Translations under genes and position numbers: made by a program | In this document: piece after piece, positions 1 through 9,432 of the stretch | Layout: each line of letters starts with the position of its first letter | Position numbering within the stretch: the first letter of the stretch is position 1 | DNA from: Dehalococcoidia bacterium | GTDB taxonomy: Bacteria > Chloroflexota > Dehalococcoidia > Plut-88900 | Assembly (NCBI GenBank): GCA_965207225.1 | Contig: CBDBLV010000005.1 | Span: 128,001 to 192,000, forward strand | DNA length: 64,000 nucleotides | Reading direction: 5' to 3' | Notes under the pieces: generated by a model | What the model saw: only the letters and a program-made list of their open reading frames with translations | What the model was told of the DNA's origin: nothing | Database searches by the model: none

Positions 1-305
1 AGGATGGTCATGACGGTCTCTAGGGCGGATACGCCGGTGGTGGGGTGCTTGCCGACGGGTATGCCGCGTCCGTTGTCGGAGCTGGTGACGGTGCCGTCCT
101 TGTGGATGGTGACGACGACCTGGTCGCAGTATCCGGCCATGGCCTCGTCGACGGAGTTATCGACGATTTCGTAGATGAGGTGATGGAGGCCGCGCTGGTC
201 GGTGCTGCCGATGTACATGCCGGGCCGTCGGCGGACGGCCTCGAGGCCTTCGAGGACCTGGATATCGGCGGCGGTGTAGCGCTCTGTCTCTTGCTTTAAC
301 GCCAT
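1..305 (-). CDS. gyrB: DNA gyrase subunit B, N-terminal part (runs off window)
   Basis: Minus-strand translation from ATG at 305 gives [58 protein letters not shown], the GyrB/ParE signature. Not in the supplied ORF track. Confidence 0.9.
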   Translation of the reverse strand, partial: MALKQETERYTAADIQVLEGLEAVRRRPGMYIGSTDQRGLHHLIYEIVDNSVDEAMAGYCDQVVVTIHKDGTVTSSDNGRGIPVGKHPTTGVSALETVMTI

Positions 306-584
306 GAGTTCAACCTGTTGGGGTCTCGGGCTAGACAGGGGACCCAGGAGTGTATAGCGGCCCGTGGGCGGTCGAGGGAAGGGCCCTGGGGCCGGGGCGG
401 AGGACACGAATGAATTTAATGATGATTACAAAACCTCGACCAAAAACATTGTATCACAAACGGCGGTTATTTTGTAGCCAGGGGGTGTGCGTACCACAAG
501 ATGTTGCGGAGCTTTGATTGAACATTGATTGAACTCGTGGCTGTTTTGATTGAATGACGCCTGGAGGGATTGCATGGGAGGGAA

Positions 585-745
585 ACACCACCCCAGATTC
601 CTCGCGGGGCATCGGAATGACAGTGTGAAGGGCATTGGTTGGTGGTTGCAGCCCCGCACGCCGGGGAGGGGACACCACCCCGTTCCGCTCTTGAGACCCT
701 TCGACTCCGCTCAGGGCGAGCGGAACCCCACCCATGGATTCCGGC
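585..745. repeat. Mosaic intergenic palindromic repeat cluster (REP/BIME-like)
   Basis: AGATTCCTCGCGGGGCATCGGAATGAC at 595-621 and CCCTTCGACTCCGCTCAGGGCGAGCGG near 697-723; both recur many times in the window. Confidence 0.8.
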
Positions 746-1444
746 TCGGGCGTGGGGTTGTTTGGTTGTGGGGTCTGGGTTTTCATGTTGTTCTGGCTGT
801 TGGGTTTTGGGTCGGCGATGGAAGGTCCGGGACTCTGGTGCAGGATGACTATGACACCTACGCCGACGCTGGCAGCATCGGCGGTGTCCTGCCGTATCCC
901 CACTCATGCCATTGGGGACTTGCCGGTGTCGAGGGCGTCCCTGGGTGGGGCATTCCGTCCTGCATCAGCGCTCGACCGCTGCGCAGGACAGCATTCGGCT
1001 CGAACCGTCATGGGCGGAACGGAATCCGCCGATAGTGACGGCAGTGGAGCCGCGTAGGGGCTCTAGGGCCCTAATCCCGGAAGCGCCGGGCCGTAGAATT
1101 TCGCCGACGAGTCAATGCCAGCGACATAGGCGTCCCAATACAGGGAGCACCGATTCGGCAGAGGCCCCTGGAAAGGGGTGTACCGCGTAGAGCAGATGGA
1201 CCTTCCATCGCCTGGGATCAGGGAAGGGGCACGGGACCCGTGGTGAGGGGGTGACGCTCTTGGCTTGGGCCTCGGGCCTGCGCGAGAGCCTTTGGGGTGG
1301 GCTGGGGCGTTGAGTCCCCCGACCCCCGACTGCTCGGGGGCAGGCTTTCTCGGGGGCGGTGCCTTGGGTCGGGTCTCGGGGGCTTCCCCGGGTTTTTGGT
1401 TCCTCCTTTGATGATGTGAGTTAGTGTTCGATCGGACGGAGGAT

Positions 1445-1473
1445 ATGATAGTACGGTCGGACAGGTGTGTCAA
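1445..1473 (-). promoter_or_regulatory. Sigma70-type promoter
   Basis: Minus strand reads TTGACA-17 nt-TATCAT. Confidence 0.6.
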
Positions 1474-1559
1474 GAGCAAATGTGCGGCTTTGGGGGGGAA
1501 TATCTGAACTGTGATTCGTGGGATTGATGGATTGGTCTGATTTGTTGGGGGGAGGGATG

Positions 1560-1990
1560 CAAGTCTTGGCGTGGTTGGCGGGCGGGGTACCCACGAGGGG
1601 CACCCCTACAGGGGAGGGAGAGAAGAACAGAGGCCGACGTGGGTATGTCGCACCCACGTCGGCCTCTGGTTTGGTACTGGGGGAGGAGGAGGGAATCCCA
1701 CCCCAGATTCCTCGCGGGGCATCGGAATGACAGTTGCCTTTAGTTCGGTACTGGGTCGGTACTGGGGAGGAGGATGGTAGGGTTTTGGGGACATGCAAGT
1801 CTTAGCGTGGGTGGGGGGCAGGGCACCCACAAGGGGCACCCCGCCCCATTCCGCTCTTGAGACTCCCTCGAGGGACTCGGGACAGGCTCTTCGACTCCGC
1901 TCAGGGCGAGCGGAACCCCACACCGGGGATGGATTCCTCCGACCCCCGACTGCTCGAGGGCATGCTTTTATCGAGGGGCAGGCTTTAGTC
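1560..1990. repeat. Mosaic intergenic repeat cluster
   Basis: Contains GGGCACCCACAAGGGGCACCCC REP-like units, an AGAGGC...GCCTCT hairpin (1629-1667), an AGATTCCTCGCGGGGC unit (1705-1731) and a block near 1845-1915 almost identical to ~40764-40833. Confidence 0.8.
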
Positions 1991-2018
1991 GGGAATGAGG
2001 GGTTGAGGGTCGGCTTGG

Positions 2019-2047
2019 TTGACAGTGCAGGGGGGTGGAATTACCAT
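2019..2047 (+). promoter_or_regulatory. Sigma70 promoter of tRNA cluster
   Basis: TTGACA (2019-2024)-17 nt-TACCAT (2042-2047), about 40 nt upstream of the first tRNA. Confidence 0.75.
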
Positions 2048-2085
2048 TTGGGTTCGCCAAGGGTGAGCCTTTGGCGCTCGGGGCG

Positions 2086-2162
2086 GGGCGGTTAGCTCAG
2101 TTGGTGAGAGCGCCTGCTTCACACGCAGGAGGTCGCTGGTTCGAGTCCAGCATCGCCCACCA
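2086..2162 (+). tRNA. tRNA-Val(CAC)
   Basis: Cloverleaf with anticodon arm CCTGC-TTCACAC-GCAGG, GGTTCGAGTCC T-arm and encoded CCA. Confidence 0.96.
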
Positions 2163-2200
2163 TGAGAGCGGGAGGAGCCGGGCCCCGGGTGGGTGCATAG

Positions 2201-2287
2201 GCCGAAGTGGCGGAACGGCAGACGCGCTGCGTTCAGGGCGCAGTGTCCCTTGAGGACGTGTGGGTTCAAATCCCACCTTCGGCACCA
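2201..2287 (+). tRNA. tRNA-Leu(CAG)
   Basis: Anticodon arm CTGCG-TTCAGGG-CGCAG, long variable arm, GGTTCAAATCC, CCA end. Confidence 0.96.
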
Positions 2288-2327
2288 ATACTTGAGATTA
2301 CGGCTATAATCTGTTCCTGGCGATGAA

Positions 2328-2404
2328 GCGCTTGTAGCTCAGATGGATAGAGCGCGGCCCTGCGGAGGCCGAGGTCGTGGGTTCGAGCCCCGCCAAGCGC
2401 GCCA
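2328..2404 (+). tRNA. tRNA-Arg(GCG)
   Basis: Acceptor stem GCGCTTG/CAAGCGC, anticodon arm CGGCC-CTGCGGA-GGCCG, CCA end. Confidence 0.93.
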
Positions 2405-4081
2405 GACTTTTCTAATTCTCGGGAGTGGGGCGGTTAGCTCAGTTGGTGAGAGCGCTTGCCTTACAAGCAAGAGGTCACTGGTTCGAGTCCAGTACCGCCC
2501 ACCAGCGACTCCCATACTGCGAACTCCCCTGCCCAGGGCGACCTCCGCCAGGTCTGCCCCGCCTATGGGAGAGTCCTCCGGGGTAGGGATTGAGTAGTGG
2601 ATCGTCGCCCTGCCGGGCCTGACCTCGATCTCGTTGACGAAGGACCGGATGAAGGCCCGCGACTCGGTAATCTCGCTCTCCCTTAGGAACCTGCTCATGT
2701 CCAGGGCGAAGGCCGCTATGGTTTCCACCTTGTCCAGGGTCACCCTGCGCTTCGACAGCATGGCCCTGGCATCCTCGGCGGCGGCCTCCAGCTTCTCCTT
2801 GCGCTCCCGGTGCTCCTTGATGCGGTCCGTGGCGTCGGACATCTCGATCTCGGTGGTCTCGATGACCTGCCAGATGCGCCCCAGCCGCCGCTTCACCTCC
2901 TCCAGCTCCTCCTCGATGACCTTCAGCCGCTGGCGCTGCTCCCTGGCCACCCCGTCCATCTCCTCGTCCACGATCTTGACCAGTTCGGTGATGTTGGACT
3001 CGGTGAGGATGTTGTCCCGGATGTTTTCAACTATCAGGCCCTCGAACCGCTTGGCGTTGAGCCTGGGGGTGGTGCAGGTCCCGCTGCCCTTCTTGAGCAG
3101 GGAGTGGCAGACGTAGTAGGTGTACTTGCCGCCCTTGGCCTCGGCGGCGGTGAGGGCCTTCCTGCACCTCTGGCACTTGACCAGCCCGCTGAGCAGGTAG
3201 GGGCTGGAGGCCCGGCGGGGGTGGACGGCCTTGGGCGCTCGTGAGCGCAGCAGCCGTCTCACCTGGCGGTACTTGCTCTTGGAGATCAGGGCGGGGAACG
3301 CCTTCTCCACCCGCACCGGCTCCGCGCCGTCCCTGGCCTTGGTTCCCCACACCAGAACCCCCGTATAGGCTTCGTTGGTGAGCATGGTGTGGACGGCGCT
3401 CTTGAGCCACTGCTTGCCCCTGGGAGAGGGAACGCCCTCGGCGTTGAGGGTCTTGGTGATGTCCAGGGAGCTATGGCCCTTCAGCGCCATGTCGAAGACG
3501 CGCTTGACCACGGCGTCGGCGGGCGGGTCGGGCTCCAGCTTGGGGCGCTTCTTGGCCCCGTCCTGGACGTAGACCTTGCGGTAGCCGTAGGGGGCGAAGG
3601 TGGCGACCCAGAAGCCTCTCGACGCCGCCTCCCGCATTCCACGGGAGACCTCCTCTGCAAGATTGGCGCTGTAGAACTCGTCCACCGACTCGATGATGGC
3701 CTCCATGAGCTTGCCGGTGGGGGAGTCGTCGGCGTGCTCGGTGATGGAGGTGACGCGGATGCCCCTGCGTCTGAGCATGGACTTGAAGGCGACGGCGTGC
3801 TCCCGCTTGCGGGTGAATCTCGAGAATTTCCAGACCAAGATTTCCTGGAACGGGGCCTCGGGCTTGCCCGCCTCGTCCAGCATCTTCTGGAACTGGGGAC
3901 GGTCGGCGATGCGGCCACTCTCGGCTTCGTCCACGTACTCCCTTGCCACGACGTAGCCGTTCTTCTGGGCGTAGTCCCTGAGCGCCCGCATCTGGGCGGC
4001 CACGGACAGGTCCACGTCCTGGCGGTCGCTGGAGACCCTGGCGTAGAGGGCGACGGGTATCAACTCGGTTCGTTCACTCAT
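2339..4081 (-). CDS. Large serine recombinase (integrase of element A)
   Basis: YARVSS catalytic motif, SRFTR, recombinase domain, LLSGLVKCxxC..YYVC zinc ribbon, coiled coil, RBS AAGGAG before ATG 4081. The C-terminus reads antisense through tRNA-Val and tRNA-Arg. Confidence 0.95.
   Translation of the reverse strand: MSERTELIPVALYARVSSDRQDVDLSVAAQMRALRDYAQKNGYVVAREYVDEAESGRIADRPQFQKMLDEAGKPEAPFQEILVWKFSRFTRKREHAVAFKSMLRRRGIRVTSITEHADDSPTGKLMEAIIESVDEFYSANLAEEVSRGMREAASRGFWVATFAPYGYRKVYVQDGAKKRPKLEPDPPADAVVKRVFDMALKGHSSLDITKTLNAEGVPSPRGKQWLKSAVHTMLTNEAYTGVLVWGTKARDGAEPVRVEKAFPALISKSKYRQVRRLLRSRAPKAVHPRRASSPYLLSGLVKCQRCRKALTAAEAKGGKYTYYVCHSLLKKGSGTCTTPRLNAKRFEGLIVENIRDNILTESNITELVKIVDEEMDGVAREQRQRLKVIEEELEEVKRRLGRIWQVIETTEIEMSDATDRIKEHRERKEKLEAAAEDARAMLSKRRVTLDKVETIAAFALDMSRFLRESEITESRAFIRSFVNEIEVRPGRATIHYSIPTPEDSPIGGADLAEVALGRGVRSMGVAGGRYWTRTSDLLLVRQALSPTELTAPLPRIRKVWRAWRGSNPRPRPPQGRALSI
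2428..2504 (+). tRNA. tRNA-Val(TAC), integration target
   Basis: Anticodon arm CTTGC-CTTACAA-GCAAG and CCA end; its 3' end GCCCACCA is the att core. Confidence 0.96.
2497..2525. other. att junction 1 (tRNA half plus element A attP arm)
   Basis: Core GCCCACCAG 2497-2505; arm CCATACTGCGAACT (2512-2525) is the inverted repeat of AGTTCGCAGTACGG (17295-17308), 13/14 match. Confidence 0.9.
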
Positions 4082-4136
4082 TGGTTTCTCCTTGCTATCG
4101 ATCATACTATTCGGCGTCTCGAAGAGCAGAGGCTCC

Positions 4137-5231
4137 TCACCCCGCTGGACTGGCCCCCCAGCACTCCGTCAGGCCCTGTTCGGCGTCGATGGACGGCACC
4201 CCGGCGACCGGCTCCGCACTCACCAACGCCACGCCCGTATCGTGGAAGTCGAGCCCGGTTGGGGCCTGCGGCTTCTGTCCGGTCCGGACGTACTCAACCA
4301 CGGCCTCGACGCCAAGGGATGCCATGCGAACCGGATACTGCATCGCGGTGGCTCCGAGCTCACCGCTGGCGACCCTGCGCACGCCGGAACAGGCTCCGTC
4401 GATGGTGACGATCAGCACCTCGCGCTCCAGCCCCATGGAACGGAGCGCCGTGTATGCTCCCGCCGCCGCGGGTTCATTGATGGCGTACACCAGTCGGATC
4501 GACGGGTCCATGCGCATCAGGCGCTCCATCGCGCTGCGCCCGCCAGCTTCCGAGCCCATGGTCAATGCGCTGCCGGCGATGCGCGGGTCATCCTCGTCGT
4601 ACTTTCTTCCCGGGTCCTTGATATCGATGCCGAAGCCATGGAGGAAGCCCTGGTTGCGCATCACATCAACGGTGACCGGCATCTCGTAGCCGTCCAGCGT
4701 CACGATCCGCGTCCGGGCTGCCAGCGGCCCCAGCCTTTGCCGCGCCCAGAGGCCGATCAGTTCACCGGCCCGGAAGTTGTCGGTGGCGAAGGTTGCGTCA
4801 ACCGTGTCCGGCGGATCGAAGGGCGTGTCGAGGGCGATCACCAGCAGGCCCTCTGCACGCGCTTGCGCGACCGCCGGCTCTAGAGCCAGCGGGTCCGACG
4901 GGGTGATGAGGATGCCCTTCGCCCCCGCCGCGACCAGTTCTTCGATGGCCGCTATCTGCGCCTGTGCATCCCCGTCGTAGGCGCCGCTGTACGTGCGCAG
5001 CTCTACGTCAAGCTCCTCGGCGCGCTGAAGCGCCGCCTCGGCCATGGTGACGAAGAAGGGGTTGCCTTCGGTCTTGGTAATCAGTCCCACGAGCACAGGC
5101 TCGGACTCGTTGGAGCCGGATTCCTGGGCGCAACCGGCAAGAATCACGACGGCGAGGCAGAACAACACGGCGACGAGGGACGGCACCCTGGTGTACAGGG
5201 CCACTGGAGTGCAGCCATTCGTCTGACTCAT
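4137..5231 (-). CDS. Sugar ABC transporter substrate-binding lipoprotein (RbsB/FrcB-like), orphan
   Basis: Lipobox ILAGC; GLITKTEGNPFF, VIALDTP, ATDNFRAG, YAINEP and TIDG periplasmic-binding-protein motifs; no adjacent permease or ATPase. Confidence 0.88.
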   Translation of the reverse strand: MSQTNGCTPVALYTRVPSLVAVLFCLAVVILAGCAQESGSNESEPVLVGLITKTEGNPFFVTMAEAALQRAEELDVELRTYSGAYDGDAQAQIAAIEELVAAGAKGILITPSDPLALEPAVAQARAEGLLVIALDTPFDPPDTVDATFATDNFRAGELIGLWARQRLGPLAARTRIVTLDGYEMPVTVDVMRNQGFLHGFGIDIKDPGRKYDEDDPRIAGSALTMGSEAGGRSAMERLMRMDPSIRLVYAINEPAAAGAYTALRSMGLEREVLIVTIDGACSGVRRVASGELGATAMQYPVRMASLGVEAVVEYVRTGQKPQAPTGLDFHDTGVALVSAEPVAGVPSIDAEQGLTECWGASPAG

Positions 5232-5233
5232 CT

Positions 5234-5449
5234 TTATCCTTCCCTGTCCTGTCTCGTTTGGCGTGAACGCCGTCGCTGCATCCGCTCCGTGATGCGCCAC
5301 TCCCGTTCCTCCATGTAGAGGCGGATGGCCTCCCGGAGAACCTCGCTCACGGTGCGCTGTTCATCCGTCGCCACGTCCCGAAGCACCTGCGCCGTCTCGG
5401 GCGGCAGGGAGAAGGTGATGGTGTCGGTGTTCCTGGGTTTGACGGGCAT
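5234..5449 (-). CDS. CopG/ribbon-helix-helix DNA-binding protein
   Basis: TITFSLPPE..LRDVA..EQRTVSEVLREAIRLY RHH pattern. Confidence 0.8.
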   Translation of the reverse strand: MPVKPRNTDTITFSLPPETAQVLRDVATDEQRTVSEVLREAIRLYMEEREWRITERMQRRRSRQTRQDREG

Positions 5450-5663
5450 GGCTCTCTTCTTGATATGGCACTGCGTCTTACTCTCTATCATCTCGCAACC
5501 GCACTCCTTTCGTCAAGGGAGAAGTGGCGGGAATCGGTCCGGGCTACACCGCAGCGAGCAATCCGGCGGGGCCGGTTGAGGCGGTCGATACCCTTTCTGA
5601 AGCCTCCGGGAGCGCCTTCGGAGGCCGGTTTTGATGTCGTGGGGGTGTACAGGGATTTGCGTC

Positions 5664-6232
5664 AGTTGCAGAAATGCAAGTCGGGGGCACTTCCAAGCTG
5701 AAATCGAGCGAAAGGGAGGGGTGGTTGGCAAGTGAGCAAGCAATGTTTGGTCGGGGCGTGTTCCACGGATTCCGGCGGAGTTGCAGAAATGCAAGTCAGC
5801 AAGACAGCCACATGGGAGCCACGTCGCAGCAAGCGATGCCGATGCCCTCTGGGACTGCGACAATGTGATTGGTGACCGGTCACCCCGTCCAGAACATCGA
5901 AAAGGACGAGCATGAGGTTGTCGGCGATCCCGCCGGTTCTGCAACGAATTGTACTTTCGGGAGCTGTTGGAGGCTGACACGGTAAGTAGTGGGAATGGCC
6001 TTTTGTCCCCTATAGGAAGTCCTGGGAACGGCTCGGTGGGACAAGTCGCAGCATGTTGCGCAGTCTTCGGCGTCCGTGTGTGGGACGCAGTGGCCGGGCG
6101 GCTGTAGGCAGGAATCGTAGCTGAGGGATGACGGTGACGGGGGGTGTGATGCAGCGGGGAAGACGGCCTGACCGGTCGGTTCTGCAACGGATTGTACTTC
6201 TGAGGGCGGTAGCGGAGATGCGCGACCGGTCA
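5664..6232. repeat. Iteron-like repeat region (candidate origin)
   Basis: 19-bp exact direct repeat (5664-5682, 5779-5797), 23-bp direct repeat (5934-5956, 6177-6199) and TGACCGGTCA palindromes. Confidence 0.6.
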
Positions 6233-6302
6233 CGTGGGCAAGTTGTCCCAGCAAGGCTGCTGGGACAGCCCCTATTGGAAGGGTTCGGAACGGAAAAGGC
6301 GG

Positions 6303-8348
6303 TCATTGCGCAGGCTGATACGTCAGGGCCAGGGGCCTTCTGTGGAGGGAATACGGCGGGGGCAGTATCCATGCATCGCCCAGGACGCCATGCTCGGCAA
6401 GGTCCACAGTGTTCGATGTGACGATGGGCGCGTCGTCCTCTGTGTCGGCGATGTCGAGGAAGGCGGTCTCGCTGTCGGGGGACTCGAAGACGAAGAGCAC
6501 GTGGGGCAGGTGTCCCTCGTGATCCCGCTTTGCCCAGCCGCTCCGGAAGTAGCGCCGGTAGGACCTCAGGCGTTTGGGGATGCGTTTCGGCGTGGTGGCC
6601 CTCCGCTCGAACTCCAGCAGGTAGGGACGCCAATCGCCCTTGTACTCCAGGGTGAAGGAGGCGTCGGAGTGGATGGCGTAGGTGGTCTGGTCGTGGCGGT
6701 ATCCGATGCTGGAGCGGTGGGTGGGAAGCAGGTCGAACAGGTCGTGGTCCGGGGAGTTGGCGACCTCGGCGGAGAGGGCTGAAGCGAAGCCGACGACGCC
6801 GGCGTGGTGGCGCAGCTGGGCGGCCAGGGCGCGCAGGGCTGTCCCGACGTAGACGGAGGGCTTCCTGAGGGTGAGTTCTGGGCTCCAGCGGTCGAGGGTG
6901 AGGCCGACGGCGGCCCGGTCCCGTCGGGCCAGGTGTGTCAGCCCCTCGTCGGTGAGAACGAGCAGGGAGCCGTCCTCCCGCACGAGGCCGTGGTCACGGA
7001 GGGCGCGGAGCACCTGGTTGACCCGGCGCAGGGTGACGCCGCCCATGAGTCCCGCAAGCTGCTCACGGGTGCACAGGGGCCATGCCGACAGCAGGTCCAG
7101 GGCGTCCTTCCCGGCGCGGGTGAGTTGCGCCGAGAGAGATGACGTGAGTTGCTCGCCAGGCTCCGGCATGACGGCCTTCACACGGGAGGAGTAGAGGTCT
7201 TCGAGATCGGGCCTCGGGTTGTCGCGGAAGGACGAATGGGACGAGTCCAGCAGCCGATCCATCCACGCCAGGATGCTTCTCAGGGACGCGCCGGGGTCGA
7301 TAGGCACGGGCGGGTCATTGTCCCGTCCGTCTCCGCACTGTTGCCAGACGGTGCCGGTGTGGGCAAGGGCCAGAAGCTCCCCCTCCGTCGCTGCGAAGGT
7401 CCTGCGGTGCTCCGACGGGTCTCCCAGTGAGCGTATCGCCCTGCGGGTGGCCTGGTCGGCATGGGTCAGGACCAGGGTGACGAAGGGCCTCTGACGACTG
7501 GGGAGGCGCTCCATGCTCCTCAGGCGGTAGCGGAGTTTGGAGGTGGGCAGGGTCTGACCCTGGCGGATGATGCCGATGGAGCGGCCACCTGATAGCGTCA
7601 CCAGCATGTCGTAGGGGCCGCTGCGGTAGTGGTCTACCCGCACGAGCTTCTCATGCTGATCTGCGTCGGCGATCATGGCGGCGACGCGGTAAAGGACGGC
7701 CACGGCGTCCATGCGCTCGGCCAGCAGCCGGAACCACTGCTTGGACACCGGGTACTCGCTGAGGAAGTGATCCGTGCCGTGCTCGATCCGCCCTCCGGTG
7801 AGGATCCCCTGCTTCGTGGGGAAGTAGCGGCGCTGCGGGCGGGAGCCGAGAACGCTCAGGTGGTGCGGGACGGAACCCACCAGGCCCCGCTTGGCGAGGT
7901 TGCTCAGCCGGTCACGCAACGTGGAGGCGGGAACGCGCCCGAAGCGGGCCAACTCGTCCACGGTGGCCAGTGGCGCTGCGCACAGCAGCCGGAGGGCGTC
8001 CTCCAGGGCCTCGGACAGAGGACGCGTGCGCCGCTCGGCGACCGGACCGCCGTCGTCCTTCAGCCGCCTGGCCTGCGCCTGGAGTATCAGCCGCTCTTCG
8101 GCGTCCTCCAACGCCTCTGCGCTCTTGCCCACGCGCTCCAGCACCGCCCGGGGTATGGCCCGTCCCGTGTGGCCCCGGTCGAGGAAGCGCCACAGGGTGT
8201 GACGGGACACGCCGAGGGTCTCGGCCGCCTTGGGCCTGCCATGCAGCACGGCGTAGGTGCGCACGTAGTCCCGGACCGCCTCGTCGAGGTCCGCTCCGGC
8301 CTGCGCCGCGCCGTTCGATGCTTGTGTTCGTGTATCTGTGGCTACCAA
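6303..8348 (-). CDS. Replication-relaxation (Replic_Relax-like) protein with N-terminal HTH and duplicated wHTH-nuclease modules
   Basis: C-terminal HSDASF..YLLEFERRAT..KRLRSYRRY..HVLFV matches the Replic_Relax PD-(D/E)xK pattern; two wHTH segments; paralog of 25732-27429. Confidence 0.65.
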   Translation of the reverse strand: MVATDTRTQASNGAAQAGADLDEAVRDYVRTYAVLHGRPKAAETLGVSRHTLWRFLDRGHTGRAIPRAVLERVGKSAEALEDAEERLILQAQARRLKDDGGPVAERRTRPLSEALEDALRLLCAAPLATVDELARFGRVPASTLRDRLSNLAKRGLVGSVPHHLSVLGSRPQRRYFPTKQGILTGGRIEHGTDHFLSEYPVSKQWFRLLAERMDAVAVLYRVAAMIADADQHEKLVRVDHYRSGPYDMLVTLSGGRSIGIIRQGQTLPTSKLRYRLRSMERLPSRQRPFVTLVLTHADQATRRAIRSLGDPSEHRRTFAATEGELLALAHTGTVWQQCGDGRDNDPPVPIDPGASLRSILAWMDRLLDSSHSSFRDNPRPDLEDLYSSRVKAVMPEPGEQLTSSLSAQLTRAGKDALDLLSAWPLCTREQLAGLMGGVTLRRVNQVLRALRDHGLVREDGSLLVLTDEGLTHLARRDRAAVGLTLDRWSPELTLRKPSVYVGTALRALAAQLRHHAGVVGFASALSAEVANSPDHDLFDLLPTHRSSIGYRHDQTTYAIHSDASFTLEYKGDWRPYLLEFERRATTPKRIPKRLRSYRRYFRSGWAKRDHEGHLPHVLFVFESPDSETAFLDIADTEDDAPIVTSNTVDLAEHGVLGDAWILPPPYSLHRRPLALTYQPAQ

Positions 8349-8533
8349 TCCGACGCCTCAACTTCCTCATGTCCCAACATCCCATCTTGAACGGGAAACT
8401 GCTCGCATGTAATGCCTTGCAAGCCGTTGTTATGGAGCGGGATTTGTGGTAGCGGTGGGGCCGTGATCACGATGCCCTGAGCCGCCGCCAGGGTGACGCG
8501 GCATTGAGGATGCGGGGCTTGCTTGATGGCGGT

Positions 8534-8773
8534 TCATCCGCGGGACCCCTTCTCTGACGGCGGCTTCGTGGACGTCGACGCTGCCTTGGGTATCTCACCC
8601 CGCAGATGGGCGCGGACGATCATCCGGGCCAGGATGCGCAGCCCGCGCTGGAGCTGAGCTCGCTGCTCGGCGGTGTAGGGCTTCATCGGCCTGTCGATGG
8701 AGGGATCGGGAGCGTCTCCTCCGCTCCTCTTCCTTTGCCCGTTCCTTGTATCTTCCCTATTGCTGTCTCTCAT
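8534..8773 (-). CDS. Small 'GLRILAR' protein (element backbone)
   Basis: Clear homolog of 32470-32694 (MRDS...Y[T/S].E.R..L..GLRILAR); shared upstream DNA GACTGTGACCCATGAGAGACAGCA. Confidence 0.65.
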   Translation of the reverse strand: MRDSNREDTRNGQRKRSGGDAPDPSIDRPMKPYTAEQRAQLQRGLRILARMIVRAHLRGEIPKAASTSTKPPSEKGSRG

Positions 8774-9102
8774 GGGTCACAGTCGCAGCGGCGGTTCGTC
8801 GGGCCGCTGGCCTCTCGTCTACAGGTGTCCTGGGTGGCCGCCGGGCACAGACGGACCGGCTGGCGGGCTACCGCCCGGTCTTTACGTCAGTGTGGGCGAC
8901 CGGAATGGCGAGCGTTATCCCCTGGAAGGGACTACATCGGTGTAGTCCCCTGGAAGCCATTACGCCGATGTAGCCAGTGCTGGTGAGCCGCAATGAGCCT
9001 CGGGCTGAGGCTGGGGAGGCCGCGGCGTCACTGGGGTTGTCGCTCTCCCTGTCGAACTCAGCGCCAAGATGTTCACCTCCTGCGGTTTGCGTCGCCCTTG
9101 CC

Positions 9103-9432
9103 AGAGAGTGTGAACGACCGGGACGCCGAAGAAGACCTCACGCATGGTGGCGCCACGGAGGGTCTCCAATCGGGGAGCCGTTTCTTGCAGTGTTGGGGTG
9201 TACAGGAAATGGAGTTTGGTGACGAAGTGGTCGAAGTCGTGATGTCGTAGCTGAATCAGGGGTAAATCGGCCCCTATGGGCTGTAACCGGCAAGCAATCT
9301 GTTGAAAGGCCCCAGTTCGGTCTCCGATGACAAAGGAGGGCTTGAGGCGGGGGTGTCTACACCGGAGAAAATCGACGGTCCGATGACAAAAGCTGCCCAA
9401 AAATGAGCTTGAGGCGGGGGTGCATTACGCTG
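9103..9432 (-). other. Conserved non-coding backbone module, copy 1
   Basis: Colinear inverted homolog of ~31720-32050. Confidence 0.75.

Noticed and set aside
45-299. Plus-strand 84-aa ORF, and similar long shadow ORFs (3389-4408, 29669-30865, 50473-51654, 60785-61942, 62780-63985)
   Set aside because: These are antisense shadows of recognisable genes in GC-rich DNA.
420-560. Chromosomal oriC near gyrB
   Set aside because: No clear cluster of TTATCCACA DnaA boxes and no dnaA or dnaN in the window.
585-1990. Possible CRISPR array in the repeat-rich regions
   Set aside because: The repeats are heterogeneous and irregularly spaced, with no constant repeat-spacer period and no cas genes.
1985-2597. 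Short ORFs overlapping the tRNA cluster
   Set aside because: They are translations of tRNA sequence; only the integrase read-through is retained.
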